64,000 nucleotides of DNA from Candidatus Marinacidobacterium sp. (GTDB lineage Bacteria > Acidobacteriota > Vicinamibacteria > Marinacidobacterales > Marinacidobacteraceae): positions 544,001-608,000 of the forward strand of contig OZ242011.1 in NCBI GenBank assembly GCA_965204755.1. Reading direction: 5' to 3'. Of the stretch, positions 36,591 through 45,617 are shown one piece after another. The notes below the pieces were generated by a model. The model did no database searches, had not been told where the DNA came from, and saw only the letters and a list, made by a program, of their open reading frames with translations. Made by a program: the position numbers and the translations under genes. How positions within the stretch are numbered: the stretch's first letter is position 1; each line of letters opens with the position of its first letter.

Positions 36591-37834
36591 CGCGGACACC
36601 GAACGCCCTGCCGGACGGCTGGGCCGTCGTTCCGCTGCAGGAAATCGCCGAAGTGGCGTTCAGCGGGGTGGACAAGAAGACCGTGGACGGAGAGGTCCCG
36701 GTCGCGCTCTGCAACTACACGGATGTCTTCTACAACCGCCGGATCCACGGTCGGCTGGACTTCATGTCCGCGACCGCGACCCCGGCGGAGATCGGGCGCT
36801 GGTCGCTCCGGAAGGGCGATGTCCTCTTCACGAAGGACTCCGAGACCCCGGACGAAATCGGCGTCCCGGCCTATGTCGAGGAAGACTTGCCCGGCGTCCT
36901 CTGCGGCTACCACCTGGGCCGGGCCCGGCCGCTCCCCGGTCGGGTGGACGGCGCGTTTCTCGCCGCGTCCCTGCGTACTTCCCGCGCCCGGCAACACTTC
37001 GCCCGCATCGCGAACGGCGTAACCCGCTTCGGCCTGACACTCGGCGCGACCCGCGGTTTCCCCGTCCCGCTGCCGCCCATGAGCGAACAGCGCCGCATCG
37101 CGACGATGCTCGACTCTGTTGATCGCACCATCAACGAGACCTCCGCCCACATGGGCGCCGTAGAGAGATTTCGCGAAGGGCTGCGCCACGGACTCCTGAC
37201 AACCCACGCCGCCTGCGACAAATGGCGTGTTCGCCCACTCCGAAGTGTCGCCTCCATCGGCGCAGGCGATCCCGCGCCCCAGGACCCTGGAGACTTCGAG
37301 GGAGGCAGTCGTCCCTTCGTGCGGACGGCGGATGTCGGTCGCGTTCGACGATCCGCGGCATTCCGCGGCTCGCGAGACCGTCTCACCGACGACACGGTTC
37401 GACGGCGGCGTATGCGCCTGTGGCCGGCGGGAACGATCCTCGTTCCGAAAAGCGGCGCATCCCTCACCCTCAACAATCGTGTGCGCCTCGCAGAGCCCGC
37501 CTACGCATCATCCCATCTCGCGACGGCCCGAGCCCGTCCCGGGACCGACGGCGCCTTCCTCTACCACGCACTCTGCCACCTGGATGCACGGCGCCTGATG
37601 GGCAATGCCGGCTATCCCTCGCTTAGTCTCGAAGACTTGGGATCCGCACCGGTGCCTGTTCCCGCACTTTCCGCACAGCGGTCCATCGCCAGAGCGCTCG
37701 GCCGCGTCGAACGAGCCATCACGGAAGTTGCGGGACTCGTGGCCTCGTTGGGTCGATTTCGGGAAGCCCTTGGGCACGACCTCTTGACCGCCGGCCGGTC
37801 TCGTGTCCAGAGAGAGGAGAGAAGATGCCGTTAG
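36587..37834 (+). CDS. hsdS: Type I RM specificity subunit (two TRDs)
   Basis: TTGA-coupled; LPDGWAVVPL, PLPPMSEQRRIA, W.VRPL, PVPALSAQRSIA, GLRHGLLT / ALGHDLLT conserved regions. Confidence 0.9.
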   Translation: MTRTPNALPDGWAVVPLQEIAEVAFSGVDKKTVDGEVPVALCNYTDVFYNRRIHGRLDFMSATATPAEIGRWSLRKGDVLFTKDSETPDEIGVPAYVEEDLPGVLCGYHLGRARPLPGRVDGAFLAASLRTSRARQHFARIANGVTRFGLTLGATRGFPVPLPPMSEQRRIATMLDSVDRTINETSAHMGAVERFREGLRHGLLTTHAACDKWRVRPLRSVASIGAGDPAPQDPGDFEGGSRPFVRTADVGRVRRSAAFRGSRDRLTDDTVRRRRMRLWPAGTILVPKSGASLTLNNRVRLAEPAYASSHLATARARPGTDGAFLYHALCHLDARRLMGNAGYPSLSLEDLGSAPVPVPALSAQRSIARALGRVERAITEVAGLVASLGRFREALGHDLLTAGRSRVQREERRCR

Positions 37835-37969
37835 CGACACGACGCCCCTTCCCTTCCCGAGGGGAAGGAGCGAGAGCATCTTGTCGGTGACTTCCGAGGG
37901 CTATGCCATGGCCGATGGCGACAAGCGACAACAGCAGGGGGTCGAACACCACTGGGAGCGAGACCGACG

Positions 37970-40900
37970 ATGACACCGAGGGCGAGAGAACGAACGGTGG
38001 CCGAAAGGCCTGCGGAAGGGCTGCTCAGCGCGCTGGGCTGGCAGCAAGTAGAGGCTGCAGCGCTGGGCGCCGAACGCGGCGGCGATCGCGATGTGCTGCT
38101 CCGCGGGCGCCTTCGGGCTGCGCTGCTGCGGCTCAACGAGTGGATGGGGCAAGCGGAGGCCGAGCGGGTGGTCGGGCGGTTGGGGCGGGAGGAAGGGGCC
38201 GGGATCGCGGAGAACCGGCGGGTGCATGAACTGTTGATCTACGGGATGCCGTTCGACGCGGAGGGGCCCGGAGGGCGGCGGACGCGGACGGTGCGGTTCT
38301 TCGACTTCGAGCATCCGACCGGGGGGCGGAACGAGTTTCTCGTCGCCACGCAGTTCCGGGTGGCCGGGCCGAAGGACTCCGTGATCCCCGACCTGGTGCT
38401 GTTCGTGAACGGGATTCCGCTGGTGGTGATGGAGGCGAAGTCGCCGACGATCGGGCCCCGGTGGAAGACGGAAGCGGTGGAGCAACTGCTCCGGTACCAA
38501 GGGGCCGGGCGCTACCGGGGGAAGGGCGCGCCGGATCTCTTCCGCTACAACCTGCTGTCCGTGGCGCACTGCGGGACGAGGGCGGCGTATGGCGCGGTCG
38601 GAGCCGGGGAGGACGGGTATGCGGAGTGGAAGTCCGTGGCGCCGTTCACCGAAGACGAAGCGCGGGAGCGGTTCGGGGTGGAACCCGCGGGGCAGGCGCG
38701 GCTTATCGTCGGGCTGCTGTCGCCCGCCGCCGTGCTCGAAGTGCTGCGGGACTTCGTGCTCTTCGAGCCGGAGCGCGGCCGCCTCGTCAAGAAACTGCCG
38801 CGTTACCAGCAATACCGGGCCGTCGGGAAGGCGCTGGAGCGGATCCGGTCCGGGGGGCGACCGAAAGAGCGCGGCGGGGTGATCTGGCATACCCAGGGAT
38901 CGGGCAAGTCGCTCACCGCGTTCTGGCTGGCGACGAAACTGCGGCGCGATCCGGCGCTCGGGAACGCGACGATCCTGGTGGTCACCGACCGGCGGCAACT
39001 CGACCGGCAGATCGCGGAGACCTTCGACCGCTGCGGCTTCCCGGCCCCGAAGCCGGCGAAGAGCGGGAAACACCTGGCGGAGTTGCTGACCGAAGGGCGC
39101 GGGCGCACGGTGATGACGACGATCCAGAAGTTCGAGGAGGCGCTGCCCGCGGGGGAGCGGGCGACCGCCGCGCTCGACGCCTCGGACGAAGTGGTGGTCA
39201 TGGTGGACGAAGCGCACCGCACGCAGTACGGGACGCTCGGCGCGCTCCTTTCGCAGGCCCTGCCCCGCGCGGCGCTGATCGGGTTCACCGGGACTCCCAT
39301 CGACGACGGGTTCCGGCGCAGCACGATGGGGCGGTTCGGGCCGCTCATCGACCGGTACTCCATCGAGCAGGCGGTCGAGGACGGCGCGACGGTGGAGATC
39401 CGCTACGAAGCGCGGCTGCCGGAGTTGGCGGTCGCCGGGCCGAACACGCTCGACCGCATCTTCGACGCGATGTTCCGGGACGAACCGGAGGAAGTGCGGG
39501 AGGAGATCCGCCGGAAGTACGCCGGCAGGGAATCCGTCGCGGAGGCGAGTCAGCGGATCCGGACGATCGCGCTCGACATCGCGGACCACTTCGGGAAGCA
39601 CATCCGCCCGAACGGGTTCAAGGCGCAGGTCGTCGCGCCGAGCCGGAAGGCGGCGCTCCGGTACCGCGAATACCTGAACGACTGCGGGGTGAAGGCCTAC
39701 GCCGTCATCACGGTGGACCGGAGCGACGGGCCGGAGTTCGATGCGGCGCGGGACATTTCCGAAGAGGAGATCGTCTCCGCGTTCAAGAATCCCGAAGGGG
39801 AACCGGAAGTCCTCGTCGTCGTGGACAAACTCCTCACCGGTTTCGACGCGCCGGTGGAGCAGGCGCTCTACCTCGACCACCCGCTGCGCGAACACGCGCT
39901 GCTCCAGGCCGTCGCGCGGGTGAACCGCCGGTTCCGCCACGACTGGAACGGCGCGGCGACCGAGAAGACCTACGGCCTGGTGGTGGACTACTGCGGGGTT
40001 TCGGCGAACCTGGAACAGGCGCTGTCCGCGTTCTCGCCGGCCGATGTGCGCCGGGCGATGCTGCCGAACGACGAGGAAGACCCGGCCGCGGTCATCGAAG
40101 CCGCCGCGGTCCGCGCCGAGTCCCGCTTCGAGGGACGGGCGCTCGACGATCCGGTCGGCGCGGCGTTGGTCTTCGCCGGCGATTCCGGGTCGGCGGACGG
40201 GTTCCGCGCGGAATCGTTCGAGCGGTTCGAAGCGGACTGCCGCACCTTCGCGCGGTTGATGGACCGACTCCTGCCCGACCCGCGCGCGCTCGCGTACCGG
40301 GATCGCCTCGCGCGGCTCACCGCGATCCGGCAAGTCGTCCGGGCGCAATACCTGCGGGAGGACGCGGCGGCGAACCGGGCGGAGATCGGGGCGAAGGTGC
40401 GGCGGCTGCTCGACGAACACATCGGCGCCGAAGTGCGCGGGCTGATGGCGCCGGTCTCCATACTCGCCGGGGACTTCGAGGAGAAGATCGCGGCGCTGCC
40501 CCACGACGAGGCGCGGGCGTCGCTGATGGAGCACGCGATCCGGGCGGAGATCAACGAGCGCCTCGCGGAGAACCGCGCCTACTACGAGAAGTTGTCGGAG
40601 AAACTGGCCCGCATCATCCGCGAACTGCGGGAGCAGGTGATCGACGCCGCCGAAGCGGTGCGGCGGCTGCGGGAACTGGGCGGCGAAGTCCGGAGCGAAG
40701 CGGACGCGGCGCGGGCGAGCGGGCTGACGGCGTTTTCCTATCCGGTGTTCCAACTGCTGGAGCGGACGCCGCTGGAGTCCGGGCCGGGCCTGGTGACCGG
40801 CGAAGTCGCGCCGGCGCCGGGGCCGGACGAGCGGCGGAAGAGCGCCGCCGAAGGAATCGAAGCCGTCGTCGCGCGATACCAGCGGTTCGTGGACTGGCAG

Positions 40901-41035
40901 TCGAACGAGGAGGCGCTGCGGCGGATGCGCCGGGAGATCAAGCGGCTGCTGCGCCGCCACGGGTTGCCGGAGTTGCATCTCGACCGGGTGACGGTGCAGG
41001 TCGTGGAGGTCGCGCGGCGCCGGTCGGCGGGGTGA
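37970..41035 (+). CDS. hsdR: Type I RM restriction subunit
   Basis: PDLVLFVNGIPLVVMEAK nuclease motif, WHTQGSGKS, DEAHR, GFTGTP, LLTGFDAP, QAVARVNR. Confidence 0.95.
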   Translation: MTPRARERTVAERPAEGLLSALGWQQVEAAALGAERGGDRDVLLRGRLRAALLRLNEWMGQAEAERVVGRLGREEGAGIAENRRVHELLIYGMPFDAEGPGGRRTRTVRFFDFEHPTGGRNEFLVATQFRVAGPKDSVIPDLVLFVNGIPLVVMEAKSPTIGPRWKTEAVEQLLRYQGAGRYRGKGAPDLFRYNLLSVAHCGTRAAYGAVGAGEDGYAEWKSVAPFTEDEARERFGVEPAGQARLIVGLLSPAAVLEVLRDFVLFEPERGRLVKKLPRYQQYRAVGKALERIRSGGRPKERGGVIWHTQGSGKSLTAFWLATKLRRDPALGNATILVVTDRRQLDRQIAETFDRCGFPAPKPAKSGKHLAELLTEGRGRTVMTTIQKFEEALPAGERATAALDASDEVVVMVDEAHRTQYGTLGALLSQALPRAALIGFTGTPIDDGFRRSTMGRFGPLIDRYSIEQAVEDGATVEIRYEARLPELAVAGPNTLDRIFDAMFRDEPEEVREEIRRKYAGRESVAEASQRIRTIALDIADHFGKHIRPNGFKAQVVAPSRKAALRYREYLNDCGVKAYAVITVDRSDGPEFDAARDISEEEIVSAFKNPEGEPEVLVVVDKLLTGFDAPVEQALYLDHPLREHALLQAVARVNRRFRHDWNGAATEKTYGLVVDYCGVSANLEQALSAFSPADVRRAMLPNDEEDPAAVIEAAAVRAESRFEGRALDDPVGAALVFAGDSGSADGFRAESFERFEADCRTFARLMDRLLPDPRALAYRDRLARLTAIRQVVRAQYLREDAAANRAEIGAKVRRLLDEHIGAEVRGLMAPVSILAGDFEEKIAALPHDEARASLMEHAIRAEINERLAENRAYYEKLSEKLARIIRELREQVIDAAEAVRRLRELGGEVRSEADAARASGLTAFSYPVFQLLERTPLESGPGLVTGEVAPAPGPDERRKSAAEGIEAVVARYQRFVDWQSNEEALRRMRREIKRLLRRHGLPELHLDRVTVQVVEVARRRSAG

Positions 41036-41793
41036 GCGAGCGGGATCGGCTCCGCCTCGACGGCGCGGTCGTCGAGTACGAGATCCGGCGCAGCGGCCGC
41101 CGGCGGAAGACGGCGCGGATCGCGGTGGACGGGGGGCGGGTGGTGGTCACCGCGCCGGAGGCGATGCCGGTCGACGAGATCCGGGAGGTGGTGTGGCGGC
41201 GGCGGGCCTGGATCCGGCGGAAACGGGAGGCGCCCGCGCCGGAGGCGGCGCCCCCGAAGCGGTTCGTGAGCGGGGAGACGCTGCCCTACCTGGGGCGGAA
41301 TGTGCGGCTCGTCGTCGAGGACGGGGGGGCGGGGTCGGCGCCGGCGGACGGGGGGCGGCGGGCGCCGATCCGGTTCGACCATTGGCGGCTGCGGGTGGCC
41401 GCGCCGGCGGGGCTGGAAGCGGGCGAGCGGGCGGAGTTCGCGCGGGGCGCGGTGATCGCCTGGTTCCGGGAACGCGCCGCCGACCGGGTGGGGGCGAGCG
41501 TGGCGCGGTACCTGCCGCGGTTCGGGCGGACGGAGGCGCCGCCGGTGCTCATCCGCGACCAGCGGAAGCGCTGGGCGAGTTGCGCGCCGGGAGGGGCGCT
41601 GCGGTTCAACTGGCGGGTGGCGATGCTGCCGCCGGCGCTCCTCGACTATGTGGTGGCGCACGAACTCGCGCACCTGGCGCTCCCCGACCACTCGCCGGCG
41701 TTCTGGGCCCACCTGGCGGGCGCGATGCCGGACTGGCGCGAACGCCGGCGGCAACTGCGCGAGTTGGGGCCGTCGCTGCCGCTCGGGCCGTAG
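41032..41793 (+). CDS. YgjP/DUF45 (M48-like) zinc metallohydrolase, common hsdR neighbour
   Basis: SGETLPYLG, RWASC, FNWR, DYVVAHELAHL, HSPAFW; GTGA coupling. Confidence 0.88.
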   Translation: MSERDRLRLDGAVVEYEIRRSGRRRKTARIAVDGGRVVVTAPEAMPVDEIREVVWRRRAWIRRKREAPAPEAAPPKRFVSGETLPYLGRNVRLVVEDGGAGSAPADGGRRAPIRFDHWRLRVAAPAGLEAGERAEFARGAVIAWFRERAADRVGASVARYLPRFGRTEAPPVLIRDQRKRWASCAPGGALRFNWRVAMLPPALLDYVVAHELAHLALPDHSPAFWAHLAGAMPDWRERRRQLRELGPSLPLGP

Positions 41794-41811
41794 GGCCGCG
41801 AGTCCGCGGCC

Positions 41812-42026
41812 TGTCAACCGGCGCCGAAAATGTCCCACTTTCAAGCAACGAAAACGCCCCACCTCGGGGAGTGTCGAGAGACACCAACTCTTACGCCGTT
41901 GGGAGACACCGACTTTTGGGCGCCCGGAGGCGGCGGAGGGGAGGAGGGGAGGAGGGGTCCGGCGGGTCGTGTCAACGGGCCGCGAATAGTGGACAGAAAT
42001 GGGATCCGAAAAGTGGACACTTTTCG
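41812..42026. mobile_element. Three stacked IS21-family-like terminal sequences, no transposase
   Basis: Three TGTC-initiated ~50-bp segments (41812, 41872, 41970), each with an internal direct repeat: CGAAAAtgtCCCAC/CGAAAAcgcCCCAC; GAGACACCaACT/GAGACACCgACT; CGAAtAGTGGACA/CGAAaAGTGGACA. Confidence 0.6.
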
Positions 42027-42390
42027 TCCTCGGGTCGCGGGTCGGAGGGAAGGGCCGGGACGGGGCCTGGGGCGCCTTGGCGGTGGTGGCGCCCCGGGAT
42101 CCCGGCGCCCCTCCGGGAAGGGAAGGCCGAGGCGGGGTCCGGGGCGTCTCGGCGGAGCGTCCGGGCCGGTGGGCGCGACGGCCGGGGACGGAGGGAGCGG
42201 AGCGACCGGAGCGCCACGACCGCAGACGACGGGGGCGGTGACGGCGGGCGCGCAAGGCCGCGGCCCGCCGGGGGCGTGTCATGAGACCCGACTCCTGCGC
42301 ACCCGGCGGCGAAGAGCCCCGGCAGAGGGCGGCCGCGGGGCGCGAGGGGGATGACGGTTCCTGTCGCGGGGGCGCCCTACCCTCCTCGTC

Positions 42391-43857
42391 GTGGCGATTC
42401 ACGATGGTTCCGACGCCCCGGCGGGGGCGCTTCGGCGGGTTCCCGATCGCGGGCCCGATTGCGTTCCCGATCGCGAAGATCCGGCGGCGGCGCTCCCGGC
42501 CGAGGGCGCCGCGCGGCGGGGTCGGGGCGGCGGCCGGCGGTGGCGGGTGCGGGCGGCGGTTGCGGCGGCGGTTTGGGCGGGGGTCTTCGGCGGCTGCGGC
42601 GGCGACGCGCCGACGACTCCGGGGGCGCCGGCGGCGCCGGCCGCGGCCGGTCGGGGCGCGGGGTCGGCCGGCGGGGCGGGCGGTAGGTTCCTCTGGAGCG
42701 TCGAAGTGCACGACGGGGGCGGCGACTTCCGGTGGGCCGTCGACGAGGAGCCCGTCGCCGCCGGGGCGACCGGTTCCGCTTCGCTGCCGCGGGGTTTCTT
42801 CCACGGGCGCCTGCAGCAGCCGGTGCTCCACTTCCTGGTGAAGCGGCAGGGCGGCGGCGGGCCGGTCGGGCTGTCCGTCGTCTCGCGCACCGCGCCGGAG
42901 TTCCGGCCGTTCGAGTCGCCGTTCGGCGACTCGTTCGGGGACGGCGAGGCCTATGTGTATGTCGGCGGCTACGGCGGGGTAACCCTCGAGGCGCGGGGCG
43001 ACGGGGCCGGGGACCGGTCGCGGTTCGTCGTCGAGGTCGGCGACGCCGGGGACAACGCGCCGGACATCGAGACCGTGTGGTACGCCGGGGATCATGCGCT
43101 GCCGGTCGTTCCGGTTCTCGGACGGAGGCCGCCGACCTGCGACGGCTCGGTCCGGGAGAGCGCGCTGCGGTTCACCGGGCGGGTCTGGAGCGGCTGGCGG
43201 CTGCCGATTCCGGTGGACCTGGTGGACAACTTCCCGACGGACCGCGTGCCCTGGACCTGGTCGGGCGAGGTTCCGACGGACTGGCACGAGCCGTTCGACC
43301 TCGGTCGGATCCGGGAGCAGGTCGAGGCCTACGCCGAGCAGATCGAGCGGAACCTCGGGTTCGCGGTCATCGAGACGGGGAAGGTGATCTCCGAGGAGAC
43401 GCTCGCCGCGGAGGGCGGCGCCGACCGGCCGCGCCGGACGGAGCGGTTCCACCTCGGCTACCGCGTGGGGGACTGTCCGTTCGGGTTCACCGCCGCCTGC
43501 GCCCATATCGAGTCGGGGTTCGCTTCGTGGGCCGCCCGCGCTTCGGTCGGGGACTTCGGGGAAGCGATCGGCGTCGCTCACGAGATCGAACACCTGCTCG
43601 GCTTCAAGCGCGAATACAACGCCTTCGACGACACCTCGCTCGCTCCGGACGGGGTGGCGATGGACCAGCCGGCCTACCTCAACTTCCTGCCCGGCCAGCG
43701 GTACTGGACCGGAAACCACGAATGGCGGTGCGGGCTGGTCGGGCGGAACCACATCGCCTCGACCAGCGACTGCTACAAGGAGTGGGACGACTCGCGCTAC
43801 ACGGCGTCGGCGACGCTGGCGAACCTCTACTGCATCTTCGAGCCGCAGTCGCGATGA
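42391..43857 (+). CDS. Putative lipoprotein with HExxH zinc-metalloprotease-like motif (start may be GTG 42547)
   Basis: AAVAAAVWAGVFGGC followed by GGDAPTTP linker; VAHEIEHLLGF near the C-terminus; good GC3 coding pattern. Confidence 0.6.
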   Translation: MAIHDGSDAPAGALRRVPDRGPDCVPDREDPAAALPAEGAARRGRGGGRRWRVRAAVAAAVWAGVFGGCGGDAPTTPGAPAAPAAAGRGAGSAGGAGGRFLWSVEVHDGGGDFRWAVDEEPVAAGATGSASLPRGFFHGRLQQPVLHFLVKRQGGGGPVGLSVVSRTAPEFRPFESPFGDSFGDGEAYVYVGGYGGVTLEARGDGAGDRSRFVVEVGDAGDNAPDIETVWYAGDHALPVVPVLGRRPPTCDGSVRESALRFTGRVWSGWRLPIPVDLVDNFPTDRVPWTWSGEVPTDWHEPFDLGRIREQVEAYAEQIERNLGFAVIETGKVISEETLAAEGGADRPRRTERFHLGYRVGDCPFGFTAACAHIESGFASWAARASVGDFGEAIGVAHEIEHLLGFKREYNAFDDTSLAPDGVAMDQPAYLNFLPGQRYWTGNHEWRCGLVGRNHIASTSDCYKEWDDSRYTASATLANLYCIFEPQSR

Positions 43858-43870
43858 GACACGACCCGGC

Positions 43871-43914
43871 GCCGGTTGACGCCGGTTGACGCCGGTTGAC
43901 GCCGGTTGACGCCG
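43871..43914. repeat. Perfect 10-bp tandem repeat (GCCGGTTGAC)x4 plus partial copy
   Basis: Read directly from the sequence. Confidence 0.95.
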
Positions 43915-43964
43915 CCTCCCGGCCCGGCCTCCCCCCCGGAGCGCCGGAGCCGGTGTTTTCGAGG

Positions 43965-44080
43965 GAGCCTGTGTCTTTGGCCTGTGTCTTTCCGGGGGAG
44001 CCTGTGTCTTTAGCCTGTGTCTTTCCGAAGGAGCCTGTGTCTTTAGCCTGTGTTTCTTACTCGGGAGCCTGTGTCTTTCG
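43965..44080. repeat. Iteron-like direct repeat cluster A: 7 copies of GCCTGTGTCTTT (one variant) in a ~33-bp higher-order period
   Basis: Copies near 43965, 43979, 43998, 44012, 44031, 44045 and 44065, plus a degenerate copy at ~43947. Confidence 0.9.
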
Positions 44081-44276
44081 TATGTAACTTGTTGTTTTTC
44101 ATGGACTTATCTGACTCATGCCCTTCGGCGGGCGCGAAGCGGCGGGGAAAGGCCGATCCGGCGCGCGGCAGGCGGAGGGGGCTCGATCCGGCGGCTTTCC
44201 GGGCAGCCATCGGGGGCTCCGGCTCGCGCGGCTCGCTGCCGGAGCGGCGGAGCCGGTGTGGCGGACGCAGGGTCTC

Positions 44277-44406
44277 GAACCTGTGCTTTTCGACGGCGAG
44301 CCTGTGCTTTTCGAGCGAGCCTGTGTCTTTCGAGCGAGCCTGTGCTTTTCGAGCGAGCCTGTGTCTTTCGACGGTGAGCCTGTGTCTTTCCGGCCTGTGT
44401 CTTTCC
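44277..44406. repeat. Iteron-like direct repeat cluster B: 7 copies of CCTGTG(TC/CT)TTT, mostly 19-21 bp apart
   Basis: Copies near 44277, 44298, 44317, 44336, 44355, 44376 and 44392; same orientation as cluster A. Confidence 0.9.
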
Positions 44407-44465
44407 GGCGGGGGTTTTCTGCAGCCCGCAGAGACCGGCGGAGCGACGACCGGGGAGGGCGCCGG

Positions 44466-45617
44466 TCAGTGGCCGAGGTCGCGGAGGATGCCCGGGTTGT
44501 CGCGCCAGCCGGCGCGGACGCGGACCTGGAGGCCGAGGAAGACCTTGCGGCCCAGGCGGGACTCGAGGCTGGCGCGGGCTTCGGAGCCGACGCGCTTCAG
44601 CATCGAGCCGCCGCGGCCGATGACGATGCCGCGCTGCGAGTCGCGGTCCACCAGGACGGAGGCGCGGATGCGGACGAGGCCGCCTTCCGGGGCGGAGTCG
44701 TCGTACTCCTCGATGCGCACCGCGGCGGCGTGCGGGACCTCCTGGCGGAGGTGGTGGAGCATCCGTTCGCGCACCTCTTCGGCGGCGAAGAAGGCCTCCG
44801 GGAGGTCGGTGATCCGGTCCTCCTCGTAGAGCGGCGGGCCGAACGGCAGCCGGGCGGCCACCGCCGGGAGCAGCGGGCCGGCGCCGGCGTCGGCGCGTTC
44901 CGCCCCGCGCCGCGCGGGGGCCTCCTCCACATTCGCTCCGGTGAGGGCCGAGAAGACGACGACCGCCACCGGCGCCGGCGGCGCATCGGAGTCGGGGTCG
45001 GGAGCGCGAGCGGGGTCGGGGTCGGCGGGTTCGCCCGGGGTCCGGCGGGGGGCGAGGGCGTCCCGGAACTCGGCGGCGGTCCGGGCGAGGCCGGCCGGCG
45101 AAGCGAGGTCGCTCTTGTTGAGCCCCACCACCACCGGGCCGGCGAACCCGCGAAGGCGGCGGAGCAGGCGGTCCCGCTCCTCCCCGGCGCCGGGGCGGGC
45201 GCCGTCCACGACCGCGAGCGCGACATCCGCTCCGGAGAGCGTCTCCGAGACGGCGCGCATCATCGCCCGGCCGAGGCCGTGCCGGGGGCGGTGGACGCCG
45301 GGGGTGTCCACGAGGACGCACTCGAGACCCGGCCGCCGCGCGATCCCCAGGATCCGCCGCCGGGTGGTCTGCGGCTTCCGGCTCACGATGGCGAGGCGCT
45401 CGCCCACCAGCCGGTTCAGCAGCGTGGACTTCCCCGCGCCGGGCAGGCCCACCAGCGCCACGAACCCCGACCGGTGGGACGCCGCCGCGCCGCCGGCCGA
45501 CCGGGCGGGCGCGCCCCCGCCGTCCCCCGGCGCGTCACCCGCCGCGTCCCGCGGCGCGTCCCCTCCCCCGGCGGCCGCCGCCGACCCGCGGCGCCGGCGG
45601 GCCGCCCCGGCCGTCAG
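44466..45617 (-). CDS. era: GTPase Era (start uncertain, possibly CTG)
   Basis: HRSGFVALVGLPGAGKST, KPQTTR, DTPG, NKSD, KH domain with IVIGRGGSMLK, WRDNP. Confidence 0.93.
   Translation of the reverse strand: MTAGAARRRRGSAAAAGGGDAPRDAAGDAPGDGGGAPARSAGGAAASHRSGFVALVGLPGAGKSTLLNRLVGERLAIVSRKPQTTRRRILGIARRPGLECVLVDTPGVHRPRHGLGRAMMRAVSETLSGADVALAVVDGARPGAGEERDRLLRRLRGFAGPVVVGLNKSDLASPAGLARTAAEFRDALAPRRTPGEPADPDPARAPDPDSDAPPAPVAVVVFSALTGANVEEAPARRGAERADAGAGPLLPAVAARLPFGPPLYEEDRITDLPEAFFAAEEVRERMLHHLRQEVPHAAAVRIEEYDDSAPEGGLVRIRASVLVDRDSQRGIVIGRGGSMLKRVGSEARASLESRLGRKVFLGLQVRVRAGWRDNPGILRDLGH

Noticed and set aside
30420-37834. Phase-variable hsdS shufflon
   Set aside because: Both S-like genes are on the same strand, and no recombinase or inverted repeats were seen.
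37846-37868. Hairpin CCTTCCC...GGGAAGG between hsdS and hsdR as an intrinsic terminator
   Set aside because: No U-tract follows, and it sits inside a presumed operon; function unsupported.
43965-44406. CRISPR array
   Set aside because: Repeats are only 12-14 bp with 0-8 bp gaps, there are no unique 30-40 bp spacers, and no cas genes are in the window.
43965-44406. oriC with DnaA boxes
   Set aside because: TGTGTCTTT differs from TGTGGATAA at 4 of 9 positions and no dnaA/dnaN-type neighbours are present. It is kept only as an unassigned iteron-like element.
43896-44829. ORFs 43896-44087, 44050-44829 and the 5' part of 44118-45836 as real genes
   Set aside because: They are translations of the DNA repeats in several frames or antisense to era; the 19-bp period is not a multiple of 3.
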